Source of the DNA: Azolla caroliniana
Taxonomy: Eukaryota; Plantae; Polypodiophyta
DNA: 64,000 nt
Reading direction: 5' to 3'
Assembly: GCA_043228905.1 (NCBI GenBank)
Contig: JBHGNT010000016.1
Coordinates: 8,432,001 to 8,496,000, forward strand
Part shown: in pieces, positions 39,052-48,618 of the stretch
Numbering within the stretch: position 1 is the first letter of the stretch
Layout: each line of letters starts with the position of its first letter
The notes under the pieces: generated by a model
Seen by the model: only the letters and a program-made list of their open reading frames with translations
Told to the model about the DNA's origin: nothing
Database searches by the model: none
Position numbers and translations under genes: made by a program

Positions 39052-42009
39052 GTTTGATTCGAATTCTCTCTCTCCCCCCCCCCCCCCCCTCCCCCTTATC
39101 CTCCTCTATAAACATCACGAAACCATGGCTATCATCAACTCAAAAGAATATCTCACCCTTGTTACAGAAATGGAGAGTCTTAAATCCAAGTTCGCATCTC
39201 TCGAATTAGAGAAACAATGTCTTCTTGGGGATCTACAAAAGATTACTGTGGAGAAGCAACAACAACAAGAAGAGTTTACGCGACGGGTGCAACAATTAGA
39301 ATCGATAATTGTAATTTTACAACAACAAAGGGTTGAAGGTCAAGGAAGTATTAAAAAGCCCAAAATCAGTCTCCCGGCTAAATTTGATGGTTTGAGGGTG
39401 CATTTCCGAGGCTTCTTGAATCAAGTGTGGTTGGTAATCCAAATGCATCCCACGCGTTATCCAATAGATGCATCATGAGTCAGGTCAGTGGGCAGCTTAT
39501 TGAGTGGCATAACATTGTCATGGTTTGCTCCATTACTAGAGACAAATTCTCCTCTACTACATAATTTCGAGGAGTTTGTTAAAGAATTTAAGGCTTGCTT
39601 CGGAGATACAGATGGGGCAAGAACGACAATCAACAAGATTCGTACACTATGTCAAGGTGATCAACTAGCCTCAACATATGCAGCTAATTTTCGTCTCATC
39701 GCAAGTGATATTCCTTGGGATGAACAAGCCCTAATGGAGCAATTTCGTTCCGGTATTCGTAGTGATGTGAAGGACTTACTTCTTACCTTCCCTGAGGATC
39801 CAAAATCACTTACAGAAGCTATTAGTCGAGTAATACGGTGTGATAATCGTCTTTTTGAGCGTCGATGTGAGCGACAACAACAAATAACAAGATCAAGATA
39901 CACACCAACTTATGCATCAGTAACGGCGCAATCGTCTCCAAGGCAAACGTATAGCCTTGCTCCAACCCCAAGGCAAACACGTAGCCCAGCCCCAATGGAT
40001 AGGCTGACGCCCATGGAGATCGATATGACCCAATGTTGAGGACCATTGTCAAAAGAAGAGAAGCAAAGATGCCGATCAAACCGTCTGTGCTTATATTGCG
40101 GAGGTCTAGGACACATAGCCATTCATTGCTCCCGTAGGCCGAGACGTCAGGTAAATCACATTCACTATGACAATAAAAATGAGTCCAACATTTTAGAAGC
40201 ACTTAGTGATTCTAATATTATGAATAATCCACCCTTGTCCAATAAGTTTGAAGTCCTAAGCCAATTAGAATAGGAGTCAAACGAATAAGTCTGGCCAAAA
40301 TAGGAGCCATTTGGTTGGACAACCCTAGCTCTGTACAACCGAGTGTAGGTTCCATTTCATCCAAACATGTTAGTAGAGTCTTCTTAGCCCAAGTACAAGT
40401 TAGGATACCAATTTTCCAACTTCACGTCCAAGCCCTCTTAGATACCAGAGCCATTTCTTGTTTCATGGATAGAGATTTTGCCCAAAAAAGTCAAATATCC
40501 TTGCATACACTTCCTTGCCCAGTTTCTGTAGTAGTGATTGATGGACGTCCCATAGCTTCCGGGAAGATATTCGAAGAGTCTGAGCCAATACACATACTCT
40601 TAGGTGATTTAGGATATGTAGTTTCCTTTAATATAATCCGTAGCCCCGAGCATCCAATTGTCCTTGGTTTGCCATGGTTCGAGCTACATAACCCACAAAT
40701 TGATTGGAGGAGGCGAGAAATTTGGTGCCCTTCTATAGAAAACATCATTGCTAAGGATCGAACCCAAGACTATTCTCTTAAAGAATATAGTTCTACCAAT
40801 GCACCAGCTCCTTTTCACCAAATCTTAACTATCACATTGCAACAAATGTTCCAAATGGGAGGAAAGGAGGAACTCTTTTTGTTTGCAATATCAGTGACAC
40901 CTTCTAGTGCCACTCAAGGGAATTCAGACATCCAAATTCCCAAAAAATATCAAGAATATGTTGATGTTTTCGACAAAGTCAAAGCTAGTGTACTTCCAAA
41001 GCATCGGCCGTACGATTGTCCCATTGACCTCCAACCAAGAAAAGAGCCACCGTGGGGTCTGATCTACAATCTATCACCAACTGAGCTTGAGGTTCTTCGA
41101 GAATACATCGAGGAGAATCTTGCACATGGGTTTATTCATTCAAAGTCTCCAGCCGGTGCTCCTATATTTTTTGTGAAGAAAAAGGACGGGTCGCTTTGTT
41201 TGGTCGTGGACTATTGGGGATTAAATAAAGTCAGCATAAGAAATAGAACACCGGGTCATTTGAAACAGGTAATATGTCGTATTCTCTTTTGGCATAGTTG
41301 GCCAGATGTAGAAAAGTACCCTATTTTAGCCTGATATCGAAAATATACGATGCATGCGTACCCCTTTTGCGACTTGATGGTTAAATATAGAACAAAAAAA
41401 ACCTAGCAATTACTAAACTGTATATGTGTCCACATTCGTGTCAATTTGCATATCATGGAGCACAATTGAAGACTTGGTTCAATATAAAGTTCTAAAATTG
41501 GTATCCATATTCAAATTGTAGAGTAAAACTACATAAACCGTAATTATAAATATGTGGTTCTGGGTTTAGGAATAAAGTAGTACCCCACTTGTTGGACGGG
41601 TATATCGATAGTTTCATTGTATAATGTCATATAGTTCATGACAATGTAATTGGTAAGAGTAACAATTACGTATGACATTCATTTATACTATGTGGAACCA
41701 GTAGACTTGAACCGTAGGTAACTAAAAACCTCTTATTATAAAAAACATTCGCCTTTTTATATACAGTCATGCTAACGGAAATGAGAAATTACAATATCAT
41801 GTTAATATCTCAAACTGAAGAAGAGCATGGTGACCAATTATATGTAAATACAAACTACGGTTCCAATAATGATTAAAAAGGGAAATTATGAACAGGTGAA
41901 TTTAATTAAACGATAAACAATTATAGATGTTCTCATATACAAATATAATATGAAGTGATGGTGAACATTATGCCTCAAAATCCTCAATTTTTACATTACG
42001 CCATCTACA

Positions 42010-45000
42010 TCAATCTATAAGCAAATAAGGCAGAGCAGGTTCCTCTGGCGCTGATTGTTCTAGACTGTTTTCATTCGTGTCATCTCCAAGCTCTCCTGAA
42101 TCTGATGTATGGTCAAACTGTGCTACATATTCCAGGTCCACCAGCTCCCCTGCTTCTTCATCAATTGGTTCCATTGGTTCTCGCGAAGTCATCTGGAACA
42201 TCTCTGTCTCGTTGATGTGTTTTGCTCCGACTTCTTGATCCTGATCTGGACAGTCCCAGATTCCTGTGATCCTCATTTTGATGAAGTTAACTTGAGCAGG
42301 GTCCTTCTCCAATGCAACACAGTTTCTAAACATCTTCAATGCACAAGCTGTCGTTGTACCTAATGGTCGCATGAACACAAACAAGTATATATAAGAAGTA
42401 ACGTCTTAAACTTGATCGACAGGATTGAAATTAAATATATATATTATACCTGTGCCAGAGAACAAGTCTAGGACCCAATCATCTGGATTCGAGAAGAGCT
42501 CTATGAGGCGGTTGATCAATCTTTGAGGTTTTTGATAAGGGTTCACCATACTTTTATCCCCTGACACATGTCTTAATTTTTTGGTTACAGCTGGGCACAT
42601 GATGTAGTTAACCACGTTACGCTCATTGAAATGTGCTCTAGCCTTCTTCTTTGTAATTGAATCATAGTAGCCCACACAAAAATGTTCGACCGCACTAACC
42701 ATTCGATCGCCAGGGCTACGTGTAATATTTGTTTTGATCCTATAGAGAAAGAAAATCAAGTATTAGAGGTGTAAATGTGTACATATAATAAGAAGTACTG
42801 TAATGAGTAAAAGTGAACTATAACGCACCAATGCATGTGTTCAGTGGCATGACAATGGGACTTCAAAGCTGTTGTGACTGACAGTGATTGCCCCATGCTA
42901 TGAAATATGACTATCCTCCACAAGGGGGCCAATGTCAGTTCTGCGAAATCCTTTACCATTTTCTCGATCTGAGGGTACTTGAAAGGCACATCATCATATG
43001 TTGATCCCGCAATACGGAAACCATATGGTATGTCAGCTATCAGCAAAGTGTAGTGCCTTCTCGGTAACAGTTCGAGCATCTGGGATACTTCGCCATTGAA
43101 AACACTATAATGAAGCTGTTTGAAAGGATCAGACCTATGCAAAAAACTCTTTACAGTCTCCGAATCCTCGGGCAGTTCCATTTCCTTCCCTTTGGTCATT
43201 CTCTTCTCATATTTCGCACGTTCTAAGTGCGTGATGAAGGCCGCTGGAATACCGTCATTATTGTCGTTGTTCTTTTTCGATTTTGATGGTTTCTGCAAGT
43301 GTCATTGTTGTTAGCAGGGAACATTAGTTTCTAACATATCAACATTCAAAAGACACATACCCATTCTCTAAATACAATAAAATATTCCTCCAATGCCTTG
43401 TAGGAAGAAGTTATCGGGCAGGCTTGTTCAACTTCTTCCCATGTCGGTAAACTCAGTTTTTGCATCATCAACTCTTGAATCTTCATGTATACCTTGTGAC
43501 TGCACAATCAATATGAAATTAGAAATAAGATATTCAAAATAATTGAAGACTTTCATGAAAAGGTATACTATAAACACTTACTTTTGCAAGTCTGTTACCA
43601 TCTCGTCCAAACTAAATTCCTTGGCGACCACTCGAGATAGCACGGATATTAACAATCTATCATCTTTGATACCTTGTAATGATCTCCAAGGTAAAAGTTT
43701 CATGTCCTCTGCTAACTCCTCGATTACCAAGTCGCTTTTTCCCTTGGTCTTTGATTTCATCTCAACTTGTGGATCAATTCTTCCCTTTTTTGATCTTTGC
43801 CCCTTGACTTCTTTCCGCTCCCACATAGAGAATATTTTGTCTTGGAGATCCCACACCTCTTCGGTCCGAAAAGCTAGTTGAAACCAAGAATCATATTTTC
43901 GGAGACCTTCGGATTTGGTACTCTCATCCACTGCAATCCCTACTTCCAATAAACACTGGCATCGCAATCCAGGCCACAATCTTGGACCAAAATGATTCAA
44001 GGCATCCAGGTATTCATGATGAAAAAATCTTATCCTCTCTATACATGACATCTTTTGCCTATAATCGTTGTCATTGTTATGGTCCCATGCGAGCAGCTTC
44101 GCCTCCTCGTGAGTTAGTCCTGCATATACCTTACATTCGGCGTACTTGAAGAACGACGTGAGAGGATATTCTTTGACAAGTTGTCGTCGAGCTTCGGCCG
44201 AATGTGATCCTCCGATTACATAGTATGTGTAATCGTCTGCAGAGCTATACTTGAAATCTGCTACTGTTGGGCATTGTTCTTGATCAACCATTACCAAAAA
44301 TGGCACCACAGTAGCGTTAGGATTGATTTTCATTTTGCTTTTCAGGTTTTGCACATGGACGGAGTGCGGCTCCCTAATTTCCAAGGGACGTCTTCCAGTC
44401 ACGGGGTCAATGGGGGGCCTTTGGATAGAAGTAATGGGCAAATGAAATAGCTGGCCCTTGCGCACAAGTTTAGTCTTCACAATATTTTCTCTTATTTTAT
44501 TTTGTTCTGACGTCAGGACACCAGAAGATAGTTGTCCGCCTGGAGCCACGGCGTCGACTTGTTGGTCGTCTTCTTCTTCCACGAACTCTAATATTTCTTC
44601 TTCTTCTTCTTCGGGTCGTGGTCGTTTAGTATATTTCTTTTGAACAAGATTTGTCTTCCTAGACTTTTTCGGTGGAGTTTCTGCTTCACCGGTCATCATC
44701 TCTCCTGTCACGTACGGTCGAAGAGCTACCAACAAGTTATTTTTCGTTTGCAGGTCTTTACGCAAAGCCTTGGGATTGCAAGATTCGGGTACTAGGTTTC
44801 CCTCATCAAGTCGCAATCGCCTGTTGCCAACTGAGCTCGAGACGTCGATTAAAATACTTGTAGAGTCAATGTCTTCGTACTCTAGCTTGGTTACATGCCC
44901 GTAATTTAATGTTTTTCCAAGCTGAAGTTTCCCTTCCCCGTCCGATTTTGCCGTTATCAATAACAGCACCCCATCCTCCTCGACATAAGAGAGACACCAT

Positions 45001-45645
45001 TCAAGTTCGGGGTAATCCTTATATTTCACCTCAACCGTTTTCTCCTCTTGCGTACTACCTTTGTTGATTTTGGTAGTAGCCACAGATGACTTGGATCCTC
45101 CTTCCCCCGTTGAGTCAAATAAAATCTTTTTACTCGTGTCCTTGATGAAGGAGCCAGATTCTCGTTTTGTCGGAGATCGAATCTTCAATCTAAATGAAGG
45201 AACTTTTTGTCTGGGTTCACTGAAATTAAAAACGTTGGTGAAAACATAGAAACAACGTACAATTTTATCTAAATCACGCAAATTATCATTTAAATTACGT
45301 CAATTTTATGGTCCCATGCGATAGTTTTTTATCGCAAAAACAACATTTTTTTCAACCAAAATCCGTTGCACTGCATCGGATTTTGGTTGAAAGGCAGGAC
45401 TTTCAACGCAAATCCGTTGCACTGCATCGGATTTCGGTTGAAAGGCAGGACTTTCAACGCAAATCCGTTGCACTGCATCGGATTTTGGTTGAAGGTCCTG
45501 CCTTTCAGAATTGCTTTCCAAGTTCGTTGTACAAAATAAAATAAAATATCTATGTGTTGAGGAAAGGAATCTTTAAGGAATCTTTAGGAATCGAAAAAAA
45601 TGTAAAGAATATTACTAACCTGACGATTTTCTTTCCCTTGTTCAT
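42010..45645 (-). CDS. ParB/Srx-like domain fused to a beta-class N6-adenine/N4-cytosine DNA methyltransferase; 6 exons (45645-45620, 45219-43582, 43499-43361, 43292-42829, 42739-42450, 42359-42010), 968 aa
   Basis: All five introns are GT-AG with compatible phases and total 2907 nt with no internal stop. Motif IV LLIADIPYG, then W-I-K, NPYQKPQRLINRLIELFSNPDDWVLDLFSGTGTT (motifs X/I) and RNCVALEKD (motif II). ParB-like YYVIGGSHSAEARRQL...LTHEEAKLLAWDHN. Confidence 0.88.
45351..45507. repeat. Three 51-bp tandem palindromic repeats in intron 1 of the methyltransferase gene
   Basis: atccgttgcactgcatcggatt cores at 45361, 45412 and 45463. The first unit has perfect 15-bp arms ttcaaccaaaatccg/cggattttggttgaa. 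Confidence 0.9.
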
Positions 45646-45942
45646 GGTTCGTGCCGGAGGTAGTGCTGTCGACGATGTGCTTCTGAGTGCTCGAAAATTG
45701 GCCTGTGCTCTGAGCTTGATGGATTCTTTCACGTGATAATGAAAATGAAATTTCTAACCTCCTTATATAGAAGACTTTAGCATTCCTTTTAAAATAAAAA
45801 ATAATTTTTAATTATTTGTTTTTTAGGAAAATTTCGGAAAATAATATAGTTAATCTAAGTGTTCGGGTAGTTATATAGTTAGGCTTTAGCATTCCTTAAT
45901 TTTCTCAAAAGAAGGTTTTAGAATATAGTTAGACTCCCTCAA
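45646..45942. promoter_or_regulatory. Putative bidirectional promoter between the methyltransferase and transposase genes
   Basis: 297-bp AT-rich spacer between divergent ATGs, with TATA-like cttatatag (45762-45770) and repeated atatagtta and ctttagcattcctt motifs. Confidence 0.5.
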
Positions 45943-48618
45943 ATGTCTTCTTCTACAAGTAGAACATCTCTTTTTTCTATTGCCCCCATTTCATTGTCAG
46001 ACAACTCGTATTTCTCAATAGAAGAGTACGACCACAAAAAACATTCGCGGCTTAAACAGAAAAGTGTGGCTCCTAGTACTTCGAATTCTCTGTTTTCAAT
46101 TGATCCTGTTGATGGCCCTCTTCATGCAAGCTTACAAGCGGACGATTCTTCGTCGATAGATAACAATAGCATTACTAAACCTCTAGCATTTAAAAGAGTT
46201 CCTCGACAAGTTAGTGAAAAGAGATTTAATTTCTTATGTTCTGATCGTCAACTTCTATGCGACTTGAACAAATCGTGTTGTGCGAATCTCTGTCTATCAA
46301 CTTATGGAAAGTCAAGGTTACGTGAAACACGACAAAAATACTTGTCGCTTAATGGGGAAGAGCAAGATACATTTCTTCTTTCGCATATGCAACTTAAATT
46401 GGATCACAAAGCAGGGCCTAATTCAACGCAAGTTGAATATTTCCTTGGACTAAATACCAAGTGTTGTCGAGCAGCTTTTAAAATCACTCATAGCATTGGA
46501 AATATGCGGCTGCAACGAGTTCAAGAGCGACTTCTGAAGGGCTCCTGGGTACAGTTCGATCAAAATGGTTCTGGATGTAAGGGTCAAATTGGGCAACAGG
46601 CAATTAGGTGGATGGAGGTATATTTTTCAAAACAGTGCGAAGTTATGCCAACAACAGGAAGACTTCATTTGTCAGATAACTTTACTCGAAGGGAAGTTTA
46701 CCAATCGTACAAGGACGACATGTCTTCTGATGTTGAGCATTACATACAGTACATGCATTTTAATGGACTATGGAGGTTACAATTTAATAACGTGGTTATC
46801 CCACGAAAGGTGCGAATGGGAGTCTGCTCAATATGTGCGAGTTTAAAAAGTATGGCCAAGGGTGGAAAATCAGATGTAGAGATCAAGAATTACAAGAACC
46901 TATTAAAAGAACATCGTGAAAGTCAGGCATTGGAACGTACTAAGGCTATGCATCACCGACAAAAAGCGTTTCAATCTCCCGAAAAGTATATGTGCATGAT
47001 TATTGACGGCATGGATCAAAAGAAAACTTGTTTGCCGCATTTTCAAAGACTCCCCAAGGATATTGGAGATGAGTGTCTCGTGCAAATGCATCTAGTGGGT
47101 TGTTTGACATATTGTCAAACTATAAGTCCGCAAGTGTTCTTAACTTATCCCAATATCCACAACGACCCTAATCTTACTGTCACTGTCATGCACAGGGTAT
47201 TGCAATCATGGTCAGGTATACTCCCGCCAGTTCTATATGTACAACTAGACAACACAGCAAGAGAGAATAAGAACTCAACTGTCTTCGGCTATCTAAGCAT
47301 GCTAGTAGAGAGGGGCATATTTAAAAAGATAAAGGTTAACTTCTTGTTGGTTGGTCATACCCATGATCACATAGATCAAATGTTCAGTAGGTTCTCAAAG
47401 AAACTTGCTCGCTGTAATGCTTTCACACTTCCCACGCTATCCAAATTGATTAGTGAAGCATATACACCAAAGCCTGAAGTACAACACTTGGAAGAAGTAT
47501 ACGACTTTAAACGTTTCTGCATGGATAGTGACGGGACTAAAGGTAGGGTGCTTGCACCTCTTAATAATATAAGTTTCAACCATGTCTTCCTCATAAAACA
47601 AAGATCGGCCCACCTGAAGATGACGGTGTTGTTTGCGAAACAATACTCATCTAGTGCACAATGGGAGCCCCAAGAAGGTTGTAGGCTCCTTCTTCATATC
47701 CCAGATGAACCTCTACATGGTGCACAACAAATGCCATATGATGATCGTAAAAATGTAGCACCAAATAGTACTATTGATGAACAAAGGGCATATTGGTTGA
47801 GATGTCTAGCAGAGAAACAAAATAATATTGATCAGACTAAGAAGTATGCCGGTGATGAGGATGTTGAATGGTGCCCAGAGATTTTCTTCACCCATCAACG
47901 CACCATTTTAGATAATTACATCGCCGGTTTATGGCCAATCCGTACCCCATTCACATGGAACATTGGGATGACATCAACGATATCGCAGACTCATCACCAA
48001 CAATCGAATAATATGGAGCTTCATGATTTAGTTCGGCCACTGCAAAGAGATATTTATGTGGGACCAAGAAAGTCACGTACTGTTGAGGCAAGATGGCAAG
48101 GTAATTTGCAAGAACTACAAGTGGGAATGTTGGTTGCAACATTAGCAGGGGACGATACCTTGGGCCATCCATTTTGGATTGCAAAAATTATTGAATTAGT
48201 AAGGGATGAAGAAAGTAGTCAGACAAAGTCAATAGTAGTCCACTGGTATCAGACAAATTCACCTGATGCATTTACAGGAAAGTATTCTTTAGAGATGGTT
48301 AAGGATGTCGGATGTTCAAGCAGAAAGAGAAGAAGAAAGAATATACCGAGCACGGCTACTCTCACATTAGACCGTGTTGACATACTAGTATATGACTTCT
48401 CATTGACAAAATCAGGTCATCTAAGACAAGCAACTATCAAGATTATAAAGGAGAAAATCCCAAACATGGTGTCAAACGAAATACAGAGAATAACCAGAAG
48501 CAATTCTCATAACCACAAAGATGTTGGGTTGGAATTGGATGAGGATAATGCTTTGATTGCCACTGATGATGAGGATGAGACGTCAGAATGCTCTTCTAGT
48601 CCATCAGGCATATCTTAA
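45943..48618 (+). CDS. Sola-like DDD transposase, 891 aa, intronless, with a C-terminal BAH/Tudor-like beta-barrel
   Basis: Candidate triad: IIDGMDQ / LYVQLDNTARENKN / FLLVGHTHDHIDQMFS. N-terminal Cys clusters (CCANLC, CCRAAF, CSIC). The ORF lies inside TIRs with a 4-bp TSD. The superfamily label is from motif recall. Confidence 0.82.
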   Translation: MSSSTSRTSLFSIAPISLSDNSYFSIEEYDHKKHSRLKQKSVAPSTSNSLFSIDPVDGPLHASLQADDSSSIDNNSITKPLAFKRVPRQVSEKRFNFLCSDRQLLCDLNKSCCANLCLSTYGKSRLRETRQKYLSLNGEEQDTFLLSHMQLKLDHKAGPNSTQVEYFLGLNTKCCRAAFKITHSIGNMRLQRVQERLLKGSWVQFDQNGSGCKGQIGQQAIRWMEVYFSKQCEVMPTTGRLHLSDNFTRREVYQSYKDDMSSDVEHYIQYMHFNGLWRLQFNNVVIPRKVRMGVCSICASLKSMAKGGKSDVEIKNYKNLLKEHRESQALERTKAMHHRQKAFQSPEKYMCMIIDGMDQKKTCLPHFQRLPKDIGDECLVQMHLVGCLTYCQTISPQVFLTYPNIHNDPNLTVTVMHRVLQSWSGILPPVLYVQLDNTARENKNSTVFGYLSMLVERGIFKKIKVNFLLVGHTHDHIDQMFSRFSKKLARCNAFTLPTLSKLISEAYTPKPEVQHLEEVYDFKRFCMDSDGTKGRVLAPLNNISFNHVFLIKQRSAHLKMTVLFAKQYSSSAQWEPQEGCRLLLHIPDEPLHGAQQMPYDDRKNVAPNSTIDEQRAYWLRCLAEKQNNIDQTKKYAGDEDVEWCPEIFFTHQRTILDNYIAGLWPIRTPFTWNIGMTSTISQTHHQQSNNMELHDLVRPLQRDIYVGPRKSRTVEARWQGNLQELQVGMLVATLAGDDTLGHPFWIAKIIELVRDEESSQTKSIVVHWYQTNSPDAFTGKYSLEMVKDVGCSSRKRRRKNIPSTATLTLDRVDILVYDFSLTKSGHLRQATIKIIKEKIPNMVSNEIQRITRSNSHNHKDVGLELDEDNALIATDDEDETSECSSSPSGIS

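Noticed and set aside
40315-41334. 339-aa ORF as a novel protein with a unique C-terminus
   Set aside because: It is Gypsy PR-RT reading through into the left TIR (TPGHLKQV...). The ORF starting at 48933 likewise begins inside the right TIR.
45351-45507. Palindromic regularly spaced repeats as a CRISPR array
   Set aside because: The intervening sequences are identical rather than unique spacers, there are only three units, no cas genes are present, and the array lies in a spliceosomal intron.
42010-45645. Methyltransferase as bacterial contamination or misassembly
   Set aside because: The gene has five phase-consistent GT-AG introns and lies inside TIRs with a TSD in a plant retroelement whose empty site is present nearby.
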